Below, piece by piece: positions 25,149 to 38,263 of a DNA stretch of 64,000 nt. Position 1 is the stretch's first letter. Each line of letters opens with the position of its first letter. The stretch is taken from positions 37,076,001 through 37,140,000 of the forward strand of contig OX597824.1 in NCBI GenBank assembly GCA_951406725.2, read 5' to 3'. Origin of the DNA: Octopus vulgaris (taxonomy: Eukaryota). The translations under genes and the position numbers were made by a program. The notes beneath the pieces are model-generated. The model searched no databases and was not told the DNA's origin. It saw nothing but the letters and a program-made list of their open reading frames with translations.

Positions 25149-25985
25149 TGTGGGAAATGAAAAGAGGTTCACCTACCTTCCTCTCTTCTCTGTGCCTGTC
25201 CAGTAGTAATCTCTCCAGCGATCCTGCCCTACCCCTGTCACCCAGTATAAGCAGCTGCTATCTGACCAACCTGGGAGTGAATTCCCTGAAGTCCGTTCAC
25301 AATGCCTCCGGCGGGCAAGAAGAGGCGGACCCTGTCTCTCACGCATTTCCCTTCACACACTTTCTCTTCCAGTCAGTCCCTTGACCATTGACCTCATGGC
25401 CTTCTTCTTCCGGCTCATCCCCACATGCCCCCCCCCCCCCCACCACCAATCTCAATGTTGAAATCTACCTCCCACCCGGGCGGGTACCTTGCACATTGTG
25501 ATCTTCTTAAACTGGGAACCTCATTCTCTTCCTCTTCTCCACAATCATCATCCAATGAACCGACAATCCTATGAACATCCAAGACATGATGAGGCATTCC
25601 ATTCACAGAAAGGTTCCTTTTGGAATTAACAGCCATCACTATTCCTCTGTTCCACTGAGTTGTGCAGCATGCGTTTGGTGGCTTGACCCAGACTTCATCT
25701 CCCACCTCCACAAAGTCAGGCCCTCTCTCTTCTACAGGGCATCTCAATGGTTTATTCATATGCCGCCATTCATATTTGAATATTACTCTGTGTGGCACAG
25801 ACTCTTCAGCCTGTCCTGATCAGAGTGACATGTTGTACCAGAACACCGCTTCCAGCAGTGAGACATGTCCCCTCTCCGCCATGGCCTTGATTGCTCTATG
25901 ATATCTCTCCATCATCCCATTTCCACTCAGCCTGTATGCTGCTCTGAAAAAGCAGTGCACTTTCCACCTGTCAGCATCTCCTGTT
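25149..25985 (-). mobile_element. Gypsy LTR retrotransposon 3' portion: integrase C-terminus, polypurine tract and 3' LTR (25149-25425)
   Basis: Minus strand reads RAAYRLSGNGMMERYHRAIK...VFWYN, VEVGDEVWVKPP and LRRSQ. A G-run PPT at about 25427-25447 precedes a TGTGGG...CCCACA-bounded LTR. Confidence 0.85.
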
Positions 25986-26292
25986 TTTGTTACCACTTTA
26001 ACCCTCTGCAAAAAATCCCAAATTTTATTTAATTTGCTTTGCAGGAAGGACTGTTTTAACAAAGTCATGTCTTGTCCCTACCTTCGAAACGTGGAGTAGA
26101 TAAAACAGGGGACAACTGATGAAGGGAATATTCTTTATGTTGTCTGTCTCATTTCTCTGTTTGTTTCTTTCCTTGTTCGATAAAAGTTCGTTTTCTATGT
26201 TTTTGTTTTTTATGTTCTCGTTTCTCACTTTGTTGACATTTTTTAGATGTCCTGTACCCATATATGCATGTATATATACATATATATGTAAG

Positions 26293-26484
26293 TTACTCTT
26301 TTACTCTTTTACTTGTTTCAGTCATTTGCCTGCGGCCATGCTGGAGCACCACCTTTAGTTGAATTATTCTTTGTAAGCCTAGTACTTATTCTATCGGTCT
26401 CTTTTGCCGAACCACTAAGTTATAGGGACATGAACACACCAGCATTGGTTGTCAAGCGATGTTGGGAGGACAAATACAGACACA

Positions 26485-26540
<56 letters not shown>

Positions 26541-26655
26541 CACGACAGGCTTCTTTCACTTTCCATCTACCAAATCCACTCACAAGGCTTTGGTCGGCCC
26601 GAGGCTGTAGTAGAAGACACTTGCCCAAGGTGCCACGCAGTGGGACTGAACCACA
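26293..26655 (-). mobile_element. Family-B SINE, 5' truncated
   Basis: Homology to the other copies. Confidence 0.85.
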
Positions 26656-26724
26656 TGTACATATGTGTATGTATACATGCATATATCTATATATTATTTA
26701 TATTATTTTATATATATATATATA

Positions 26725-27946
26725 CAAGGGTCGGACAAAATAATCGAAACAACTTAAAATTTCAAACAAATTTATTCTAATATGGAGTAGGACCGCCTTT
26801 GGCAGTAATTATACCTTGAATTCTACGAGGTATTGACTTATACAAAGTTTGAATTGTCTCCAAAGGAATTTTTGTCTATTCTTCAGCTAAAACAGTCTCC
26901 AGTTCTTGTAGTGATGATGGTAGAGGATATCGACTCCTTACTTGTTTTTCTAAAATGCACCATAAATGTTCAATAATATTGAGATCTGGGGACTGTGGTG
27001 GCCAGATGAGATGTTCAACTTCACTAGAATGTTCCTCATGCCATTCAATAACAATCTGAAAACAGTCCTACAACCATAGGATGAATTTGATCAGATAAAA
27101 TGCTTAAATAGTCTTGACTATTAATTCTGCCATGAAGGGAAACCATTGGGCCGATGGATTTCCAAGATATGCACCTCACCAGATCATCACAGATCCTCCT
27201 CCATGTTTAACAGTTGGAAGAAGGTAGCCTGGGTCAAATGCTTCTTTTGGCTGCCTCCACATGTATACTCGGCTGGTGGTCGGAAATAAGGTAAAGTATA
27301 ACTTGTCCGAGAAAATAATATTCTTCCACTGCTCTAGGGACTAATTCTATAGGTTTTTACTCCACTCTAAACAGTTTGAAATGTCTATTTCTGAGAATAG
27401 TGGTTTTCTGATTGCAGCCCTCCCATAAAATCCAGCTTTGTGCAGCTCCTGGTGAACAGTTTTGAGAACTGCATTCTCGAGTTGGTCGTTAAGCTCTACA
27501 GTAATTTTGGGAGTTGTACTTTTGTGATCCTTTCTAACAATACATGTAAGAGTCTGACTGTCCTTATCTGAAAGTTTTGGATTTCTTCCAGAGATTTGTT
27601 TCAGCAAGGAGGTTTTTCCCTCTTTCTAAAAGGCCGTCATTACTTTCGAGACAATACTTCTTGATACACCAAACATTTTGGCTGTTTTCATTATGCTAAA
27701 GCCTGCCATATGAGCACCAGCAATTTGGCTTCTTTGAAAGTCCCATAGATTTGTCATTTTAATGAATTTTAATTACCTTTTTCTGATGATATCTGAAAAG
27801 AAACAGCATTTTAGCAAAACATATTAAGCAACACTAATAATAAATCAAAAAACATAAAAATAAACAAGCTTCTGACAGTTTAATAGATATTTCAAAATTA
27901 TGATGCAATATATTTATAAGTGTTTCCATTATTTTGTTCAACCCTG
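26725..27946 (-). mobile_element. Full-length but inactivated Tc1-like transposon with TIRs and TA target
   Basis: TA|CAAGGGTCGGACAAAATAATCGAAACAACTT ... AAGTGTTTCCATTATTTTGTTCAACCCTG|TA. The transposase from ATG at 27757 includes GRNPKLS, GRAAIRKP and WPPQSPDLNIIEHLW, with stops and frameshifts. Confidence 0.92.
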
Positions 27947-27983
<37 letters not shown>

Positions 27984-28958
27984 AATTAATAATTATATAT
28001 ACATGTATATAATTATATTAAGGGAGCTAGGGCTAAAAAAATGGCCTATCACCAACATGCTTGAAAATGCCAAGGCATTCACAGACTACCAAAAAACTCA
28101 AAAAATATACACGGATTGTAGGTGGGCAAGTGAAAAACCACTGAAAAGACTCCACTTTAATTGTGAATTGCGTCCAATTTCTAAATTAAAGCCATAGAAA
28201 AAGGCTTTTGTCCTTTGTCAGCACAATACATGGGAAATATAAATGCAAATAATTATACATACCTGTACAAAACAGATTCGCATGTTCACATACAAATATT
28301 TGCACGTATAGAACAATGATAAGTCAGATTAATACTTTTTCACAACAATCACATGTATATGATCAAAATAGAACAGCATGGATTTCAAAGTATTCAAAAT
28401 TACTTCAGAATTAGACATACATCAATTCAACAGTTAGCTTAGCTAATATCTTAATATAGGGAAAAATAAATAACCAACCATTTTACTCATATCAGATCCT
28501 GTTTGCACATTAAAAAAAAAAATTAATAAATCTCACATTTTACATAGACAACATATATTTACAAGCATTTATAAAATATTGAAACTCATTATTATCATCC
28601 ACCCCCACTACCACCACCCCCATCACCACCACCACCACCACCACCAGCATCATCATCATCATTAATGGCAACAACATCTCCCCACCAACCCACAACCATT
28701 GTTGTTAGCAATATTGTTATTAAGATAAGTATTTAAAAAGGAAAAAGCAAAAAGAAAATTTCATCCATTTAGCCATCGTCCCCGGAGATGTTGCTATCAG
28801 ATTTAGCATATTTCAGCAGTGTGGCCATATTGATCTGATGTCTGACTTGAAAGAAAGTTAATATCAACCCATTAAAGGCTATACTTGCTTCTTCTGGCTG
28901 AGAAGGTTAAAAACATAACCCATTGCATCTACACATCTTTATTCATAATCATAGATTT

Positions 28959-28994
<36 letters not shown>

Positions 28995-29299
28995 CTTGCA
29001 GTTCAGCTCTTTCTCTGCCCTTCCCCAACCAGATGTGAATAATGAAGCAGATCCTCTACAAGAACCTGCATCATGGCCCTACCCATTTCTCATACTTCAA
29101 TCCACTCATCCATTAGCATGAGGCTGACTCCTCCTCAGCAGAGGTTAATATCCTGTATGTTGCATAGCAACCGGGTGCTACAAAAGGAAACCACACTGTA
29201 GACTCTGTAAAGTGGTCAGCACTAAGAAAGACATCCAGCAGTAGAAACCAGGCCAAAACACACATTGGTGCACATGGACATTAAATGATGACAATTATG

Positions 29300-29336
<37 letters not shown>

Positions 29337-29431
29337 ATTATGATTATTCAAAACAGTTTGATTTGGCTCCCACGCAACTTACAAAATCATTACAAGTACC
29401 TGACTCATTAGTCTCAGACTCGCCCATATAC

Positions 29432-29514
<83 letters not shown>

Positions 29515-29548
29515 TATATACATATATATATGTATACATATATATATG

Positions 29549-29622
<74 letters not shown>

Positions 29623-29630
29623 TACACACA
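29300..29630. repeat. Long (TA)n microsatellites
   Basis: Read directly from the sequence. Confidence 0.95.
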
Positions 29631-29639
29631 TTTTTAAAT

Positions 29640-29990
29640 TAAAAAAATTTTTTAATTTTTAAATTTAAAAGAAATCTTTTAAATTAAAAAAAAAAGAAGA
29701 AACAAAAACAAATTACACGAACGTATTTAAACAGAAGATACAAATATTACAGGCATTCCCCCCACACACATACACACTAACTAAACATAGACGCACATAG
29801 AGATATACGCATGTGCAAATGAAGACACATACAATAGAAATACAAAATGGCTGACGGTTACTAAGGAGAGACACAAATAAGAAAGAAGAAAGCAAAGGAC
29901 CACTGATGCGGTCAGAGGAGTGTGACGAAAGAACTCTGGCTGAAATAAGATTAAGATTAATGTAAAAAATAAATAACACTGAAGCAAAGT
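29640..29990 (+). mobile_element. Probable Penelope-like terminal repeat remnant with a hammerhead-like motif at 29900-29939
   Basis: CCA-CTGATGC-G-GTCA-gaggagtg-TGAC-GAAA-G-aa-C-TC-TGG, adjacent to (TA)n. Confidence 0.5.
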
Positions 29991-32004
29991 AACACCAAAT
30001 ATATAGTGCATGTGTTTTTATTGGCTAAACTGGCAAAATGACCATTCTGAAATACAACAATTATATTTAGGTATATATATGTATGTGTGTGTGTGTATGT
30101 ATGTATGTATGTATGTATGTATGTATGTATGTATGTATGTATGTATGTATGTGTGTGTATGTATATGTATGTATATACGTGTGTGTGTGTGTATAATCAT
30201 TATCATCATCACTATTTTCCTCCTCCTCTTCCTCTTTCTCCTCCTCCTTCTCCTCCTCCTTTTTATCCTTTTTCTTCTTCTTCCTGGTAATAAGTCCAAG
30301 ACTATCAGAAAAGTCAACAAGAATGAGGAAGAATTCTGCACATCGAAACTATTTTGAAAGAAATATAATTGACATGGCTTTGAATAAACCTCCCTTGAAC
30401 CTCCCATTCCCAATAAATATACAAATTGTCTTAAAAAACATAAATTTACAGCTTTTAAATAATTCTAGTGTTATCAAAATACCTCAGAAGATATGATTAA
30501 TTGCTTTTCCTCTGGTGATTTGTAATTTACTGTTGCATCTAGTGAATAAACATTTACTATTTTCTCAAATAATAAAACATATTTTTATATGAAATTGCAC
30601 AGCACACATATATAGTACTGCTTAAAATTATTTCCAGAAACAATTGTCAGTAAACAATTTGAAGAGACAAAAGTGAAAGTAAAATATTTCTTAACATTCT
30701 ATCCAACATTAGACAGTTCTAGTTCTTTCTCTCTAACAACCAAATCTTCCTTGAAAATCATCTTCAACTATTTACTTCATTAACAATTTTTGTTCTAGGG
30801 TAGCAACTATTATTTCCTATATGCTTATCCCAAGAAAGTGTGAAAATATGACTTATATTTCCTCCAAACTTTGCTTATATTACATTCATTCAACCCCAAA
30901 GAATCCCTCTGAACAGATGACTTCTACTGCTTGTGATCAGAGATGCACTTATTATCAGCCACTAAAGGACATGCTCAAGTGGTTAAGGTCGAGCTACTGA
31001 CAAGCAAATCTATGGTGTTGAGCAGAATATTTGCTATAACGATATTTCTACTTCAGCGACTCAGAACTGAATATGTTTGAAATATAATGGAAAAAAGATC
31101 AAAACATTGATGTCCAGGTTGCAAAACCAAAGTTTAAAGGGAATAGTAGTCACTTCCTTTGATTTCTAGATAGAAGCAAATAGAAAATAACCCATACTGA
31201 CCAAAGATAAAAAAGAAAAACTACAAATCATGTTACACAATGTAATCTTTGTATTGTCCTTTAGACTGTCCCATAATGAAATGCTGACCAAACAATTATA
31301 TGAACAGTTAAATTTATTCATTGGTCTATTCAACTGAGAATACTCAGTAACAGCAGCAACAACAATACTCAATATTTTATTATTTATTTTCATTCAAAAC
31401 AATGGTATAAATTACTTGGCAGAGCAACTGGTTCCATGTAAAAATCTCATGTTAGAAATATAGTTTTACTTTCTCTCATTTAAGATTTATAAACAGATGA
31501 TCGTTTTGTTGCCAACAATTTTCTGTTATCTCCAACTCTTAATTCCTCCAACAGTCTATGTCATTGTCTCATGCTCGAAGTCTGTTATTTCTAGTAGTAA
31601 AGAATCTAAAACAATAATAGTCAAGTGTTTCTGAATGAAACATTCCAATATTCAGTTGGTTCTTGTGATTGTCCCAGTATATCCCTTCTTTATTTCTAGC
31701 AAGAATAGACTACCTTTATGTTTCAACCAATTTAAAATAAATCAACAATTTGAAAGGGGTGCAATAATATAGCTAGAACATGTTTTTATAATTTGTGAGT
31801 TTCTTAATCTGGTGTTCTCAATACACCAGCAGAAAACTACTTTCCTGCTGAAATATGTGTGTATTGGGTGCTTTTTTTTTTTTGCCACCAGCACTATTGA
31901 GATCACCATGTAGCTTGCAAGTCACCAAACCCAAGGAGGGTTAAGGTGTGAGTGAAGAGGTTGAAGTAGGGAAAGTTCTCACTGTAGAGGGACTATACAG
32001 TGTG

Positions 32005-32860
32005 TTGTGCATAATAGCTTCTATTATCTGGGTGACCAAGTCAGCAGTGGAGGTGGATGCCCTGAGAGTGTTACTGCTAGAATAATAACAAGCTGGACAA
32101 AGTTCAGAGAGCTTCTACCTATGTCGGTAATAAAGAGCCTCTCCCTCACACTGAAAGGCAGATTGTGTGATGCCTGTGTGCAGACAGCCATGCTACATGG
32201 CAGTGAAACATGATCTGTGACTGCAGAGAACATGTGAAGGCTTGAAAGAAATGACACTAGTATGTTTTGCTGGATGTGCAATATCAGTGAACATGTATGA
32301 CAGGGTTGTAAGCATCTGGAGAGAAAAATTAGACATAAGAGGCATCAGATGTTGTGTGCAAGAGAGAAGACTGCACTGGTATGGTCATCTGATGTGTATG
32401 GACAGGTACAGCTGCATAAAAAGTGCCGATCCCTAACTGGGAGAAGGTGGTGAAATATGATCTTTGGATGTTGGATCCCATGGAGGTGATAACAAATGAT
32501 AGAGACCTTTGGTGGTTTGATGTGCTTGAGAAGACTTGTCAACTCACGTGAAATTGTAGTCATTGACAGTGCTGGTGGCATGTAAAAGGCACCTGTGATT
32601 GTAGCACATAAAAGGCACCTGTGCCAGTGATATGTAAAAGGCACATCTGACAGACAGTGACACATAAAAAGCACCTGTGCCTGCGACATAAAAGGCACCC
32701 ACTAAATTCTTGGAGTGATTGGCATTAGAAAGGGCACTCAGCTGTAGAAATCAAACCAAAATTAGACTAGAGCCTGGTGTAGCCTTCCAGCTTACCAGTT
32801 CCAGTCAAACTATCTAACCCATGCCAGCATGGAATACAGATGCTAAATAATGATGATGAT
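32005..32860 (+). mobile_element. Decayed RTE LINE 3' part plus UTR
   Basis: YLGDQVSSGGGC..WTKFRELLP..AMLHGSET and RRLHWYGH, homologous to 39100-39500. The UTR units are compressed to about 29 bp. Confidence 0.85.
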
Positions 32861-32886
32861 TATGTATGTATGTATGTATGTATATA

Positions 32887-33090
32887 AGGTGGCAAGCACG
32901 CCGGGCGAAATGCGTAGCCGTATTTCGTCTGCTGTTACGTTCCGAGTTCAAATTCAGCCGAGGTTGACTTTGCCTTTCATCCTTTCGGGGTCGATAAATT
33001 AAGTACCACTTACGCACTGGGGTTGATGTAATCAACTTAATCCCTTTGTCTGTCCTCTGTGTTTAGCCCCTTGTGGGTAGTAAAGAAATA
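32887..33090 (+). mobile_element. Family-A SINE
   Basis: Homology to the other copies, with a small head deletion. Confidence 0.85.
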
Positions 33091-33682
33091 TATGTAAGTA
33101 TAGATTGTTTAAAGTGGTGTACAGATTTTATATATTAATAAAAGAAGGGAGGCAGGATTTGGACAAAAACTACTTCTTATGCGTTTCCTTTATTCACATG
33201 AATACTTTGAGGAATTCACATGAATACCATAAAAGGACAAAAGTACTCAATAAAATAGTTTTTATCCAAATCTTGACTGCCTTCTTTCTCTTAATAGATA
33301 TATATATATCACTGCTATTATGTTAAACTGCTGTTTGTCCAAATTTGGCCTACTGTACTTTTTTCAATATTTAATTTTGCTTGCAATAACATCTTTTGGT
33401 TAAACTATCGTATCTCCAGCTGCTTCAGATGCCAAGATATGAAAATTGTCAAAGTGTAGAACAACAGTTTAGCATTTTCCAAAAGTGTAGTAAGCCCCAT
33501 ATACACCAGTTTTGCAAAAATATTTCTGACTGAAAATATCATACATGCATGAAATTACGATTTTATACACCTGACAAAGCTGAAACTGTTACTAATGTAA
33601 AAAGAAAGGGAATGGTGAAATTATTTTTTCATTTTCTGAAAAAAGTAATGTTTTGGATTTATACTTTTGCATAATAGCAACA

Positions 33683-33778
<96 letters not shown>

Positions 33779-33799
33779 ATGTATATATATATATACATG

Positions 33800-33878
<79 letters not shown>

Positions 33879-33984
33879 TAATTAATATTTAATATAATAT
33901 AATATTTTACTATAAAATTGGATTCTATCCTAAATCTGATTTTTCCCTGTAAGTTTGGATTTATTCCCTAATATTTATCACCAC

Positions 33985-34236
33985 CAACATCATCATCATC
34001 ATCGTTTAATGTCCATTTTCCATGCCGGCATGGGTTGGGTTGGACGGTTCGACCGGGGTCTGGGAAGCCAGGAGGCTGCACAAAGCTCCATTCTGATCTG
34101 GAAATGTTTCTACAGCTGGATGCCCTTCCTAATGCCAACCACTCCGTGAGTGTAGTGGGTGCTTTTTACGTGCCACCAGCAGAGAGGCCAGAGGAGGCTG
34201 GCAACATCCACGATTGGTTGATGCTTTTTACGTGCC
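33985..34236 (-). mobile_element. RTE 3' end
   Basis: Homology to 40050-40268. Confidence 0.8.
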
Positions 34237-34292
34237 ATATATATATATATATATATAGGAAGAGAGAGAAATTTTAATATACATATAATATA

Positions 34293-34354
<62 letters not shown>

Positions 34355-35142
34355 TGGGTATGTGTATGTTTGTGACATTGTTTAAATTTTGTCATTCATA
34401 ACTGGAGGGAATTGTTCTATAAAAATATTGGTGGGTTCCTTCATAAAATTCTCAAAGATTTTGTGGAGATTTATCTCATCTAAAAAATACTGAAGTAAAT
34501 GAAATTTATGGTAGTTTTTTTTTTTTTTTGTGGGGGGAAATTATTTGCTGCATAATTCTAATTTCTGGAGCATTTTTTTTTTCTGGAAGTGTTAAACATA
34601 TTTAAAATTCTTTGAACTTTTCCATGACAAAAGATTCTTGAAGAGATTTTGGTAAGATGGGGAGAACATTTTAAGATTTTAAAACTGAATCGATGTGTGT
34701 GTGCATGCATGCATGTGTGCATGCATGCATGTGTGCATGCGTGCATGTGTGTGTGCATGCATGTGTGTGTGCGTGCATGTGTGCATGCATGCATGTGTGT
34801 AAGCATGCATCTGTGTATGCATGTGCTTGTGTTTATGAGAGAGACATGTGGATTATGTTCATGGTACATAGAAATAGGTGCATGGTTCCATGCACTGAGT
34901 GGCAGCAGATGGTTTTAATAAACTAAAAATATCATCAGAGTTTAAACTATGGTATTTAATACACAAACTCATTATCACAAAACATATTACATTTTATGCT
35001 CAAATTTTCTTTTTCATAGAATTTTCTAATGGAAAAATTCATAGAAGACTAAATTAGATTATTATCATTTTAACATCCGTGTTCCATGCTTGCAGCAGAA
35101 AGAATTTCTTCCTTTATGAAGAAGATAGCTCTTATAAAGACA

Positions 35143-35195
<53 letters not shown>

Positions 35196-35308
35196 TATAT
35201 ATATGTATATGTTTAGATTTCTTGTCATCATTATAAGAGAGAAAAAAGTGTTTGCTTAAATGAATTAACAGATGTTGTAGTTGTTGTTGTGGTTGTTGTT
35301 GCTGTTGT

Positions 35309-35340
<32 letters not shown>

Positions 35341-35855
35341 TTGTAATAATTTTCTATCTGTAAAAGAAGCATCAAATTAAAAACTTTACTGGTAGAGAGA
35401 GTACATGAGACTTTCTGTAACCTGATAGTGTAGCATCTGTCAAGCTTTGAGATAGATTCAAATCTGTTGCATAAGCCCTGATTCAGCATCAAATTTGTGA
35501 TTCAAAGAATCCATTGTATGAAATGTTGTGGTTCCTGAATCAGATCCAATTGTAAATAACTATCGCCATCTCTTAATACTTAAATCAATATTTTCTTTTG
35601 AACACAAAGCAGTGAGTTAAACTAAAGTATCTGATGGTCAACTTTACTCATTGCCCTATCAAAAAAAAAAAAAAAAAAAGTAAACGTAATATGTTAGCAT
35701 ACTCTGATTGAGTTGAGACCTCTTTTATCATGTATGACTTTGTTCCATTTTTGTCTTTAACCCTTTCAAAAAAATTAATTGATTTTTTTTGGTGTAAATT
35801 GAAGATACATTTTAACCATTCAAAAACACACAAAAACTGTTAAATTTATTTAAAC

Positions 35856-36247
35856 ACTAGCAGTATCACCCAGCGTTGCTCGGGTTGTTTCGACCCTTTA
35901 GAATTGAAATTTTTGAAAAGTAAAAATTTTGCATTATGTAGCTTGTTATTCCCTTTAAGTGAACATTTTTCTGGTTGAAATACACCAAAAAATGGTGACA
36001 CAGCAGTAAAAAAATCGTAAAAAATAGGGATTTTCATAGAAAAAAAGCACCTTTTTGATGTAAATAATTTTTGGTGTTAACATTGTTCAATTTGAATTTT
36101 TCTTCTATGGAAGGAAGAGCAAGCCTTCTCCTATCATACTCTCAATTCTGGTCAACTTGCATCGCAGGGTCTTGGAGGAGATAGTGTTAGTTGAAGGCTA
36201 CCAAACCTGCCATAGACAGACAACTTCAGCTTTATATAGAGAGAGAT
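35856..36247 (+). mobile_element. Non-autonomous Helitron/Helentron-type element
   Basis: Begins ACTAGCAGTATCACCCAGCGTTGCTCGGG (subterminal hairpin CCCAGC..GCTCGGG) and ends AGACAGAC..CTTTATATAGAGAGAGAT, a typical DINE/HINE layout. Confidence 0.6.
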
Positions 36248-36324
36248 TTCTTATTTGGTGTGAAAATCTTTTGTCATGCCACCAGTAACTTGATCACTGA
36301 TATGGTGTCATTACATGTCTAACA

Positions 36325-36655
36325 ATTAACTGGAACTCCATCAGTTATAACAACAAGGGTTCTGGCTAATCCAGTCAATGGAACAGCCAGCTTGTGAAAT
36401 TAATGTGTCAGTAGCTGAGCACTCCACAGACACACGAACCCATAACATAGTTCACAGGGATATTCATTATGACACACACTGTGGCAAGGCTGGCCCTTTG
36501 AATTACTGGTACACCTCATTTTTTTGCTGGCTGAATGAACTGAAGCAAAATGAAATAGTACCTTCCTCAAGGACACAATGTGCTGTCAAGAATTGAACTC
36601 ACAACCTTACAATCATAAACCAAATTCCCTAACATCTAAGCCACATGCCTTCACA
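36325..36655 (-). mobile_element. Family-E SINE (tRNA head, CORE-like), diverged
   Basis: Minus strand GTGAAGGCATGTGGCTTAGATG..GAGTTCAATTC..TGTGTCCTTGAGGAAGG. Confidence 0.65.
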
Positions 36656-37308
36656 TCTCAAACAATTAGCCATTTATTATGCTAGGAGTGATAATTATAA
36701 AATTAATTTTAAAACCAAAAGCTATAAACATAATCTTGAAAATTTTACCCAGTACAACCCCCACATTTCTTTTCTCTTCCAGACATACTCAGAGCAGATG
36801 TTTAGGTCAAATTTGTACAGATGAAGTATCTTAACCCTTTAGCCTTTAAACTATCTGTATCTGGCCAAAATATTCTACCTGTTTTATGCCCCAGCTGATC
36901 AGATTTTGCCTCTCACACCAACCCTACAATATCATTCTAAAAATTAAGAATTACTTCATCAAAATCTCAGTTACAAGATAATGCAAGATTAAATCAAAGC
37001 AGTGTGTATAAATAAGCATTACTTTTGAGAGAATAATCTGAACACTAAAGGATTAAATTATATATGGAAGCATCTGGATTGAATTTCGGTATTAATGACT
37101 GAATTATGAGGAGTTAGAATGACACATTTTCATTTGGTCAGAGTGAATCATCAACTAAACAGAGTAAACAGGATATTACTGCTAAACTGAATAGGACACT
37201 GGAAACTTAAGTGAACAGATTTTTATTGGTTGAACAACTGATGGCTTGGATGAAGTGTTTAGTCAAGACACTTGATTCTCAATTCATTTGGCTCCATTTA
37301 TATATATA

Positions 37309-38198
37309 TAGGTGCAGGAGTGGCTGTGTGGTAAGTAGCTTGCTTACCAACCACATGGTTCTGGGTTCAGTGGGACCTTGGGCAAAGTGTCTTCTACTAT
37401 AGCCTTGGGCCAACCAAAGCCTTGTGAGTGGATTTCGTAAACGGAAACTGAAAGAAGCCCATCGTATATATGTATATATATATATGTGTGTGCATGTGTT
37501 TGTGTTTCTGCGTTTGTCCTCCCAAAATCGCTTAACAACTGATGCTGGTGTGTTTACATCCCCGTAACTTAGCAGTTCGGCTAAAGAGACCGATAGAATA
37601 AGTACTAGGCTTAGAAAGAATAAGTCCTGGCAGTGAGCTGGCAGAATAGTTAACACGCCGGGCAAAATGCTTAGCGGTATTTCTCTCAATTCTGGTCAAC
37701 TTGCACCGCAGGGTCTTGGAGGAGATAGTGTTAGTTGAAGGCTACCAAACCTGTATAGACAGACAACTTCAGCTTTATATAGAGAGAGATTTCTTATTTG
37801 GTGTTAAATCTTTTGTCATGCCACCAGTAACTTGATCACTGATATGGTGTCATTACATGTCTAACAATAAGTCCTGGCAGTGAGCTGGCAGAATGGTTAG
37901 CACGCTGGGCAAAATGCTTAGCGGTATTTCTTCTGCCACTACGTTCTGAGTTCAAATTCTGCCGAGGTGACTTTGCCTTTCATCCTTACAGGGTTGATAA
38001 ATTAAGTACCAGTTAAGCACTGGGGTCAATGTAATCAACAAATCCCTTTGTCTGTCCTTGTTTTTTCCCTCTATGTTTAGCTCCTTGTGGGCAATAAAGA
38101 AATAAGAATAAGTCCTGGGATCGATTTGCTCAACTAAAAGGCGGTGCTCCAGCATGGCCACAGTCACATGACTGAAACAAGTAAAAGAGTAAAAGAGT
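37309..38198 (+). mobile_element. Family-B SINE containing a nested family-A SINE (15-bp TSD) and a templated duplication
   Basis: TSD AAGAATAAGTCCTGG at about 37616-37630 and 38104-38118. Confidence 0.85.
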
Positions 38199-38218
38199 AT
38201 ATATATACATATATATAT

Positions 38219-38261
<43 letters not shown>

Positions 38262-38263
<2 letters not shown>

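Noticed and set aside
26066-26130. GAAAC ... CTGATGA in permuted order as a possible type-II hammerhead
   Set aside because: I could not form stems I and III with a valid NUH site. It is probably a repeat remnant and is left unresolved.
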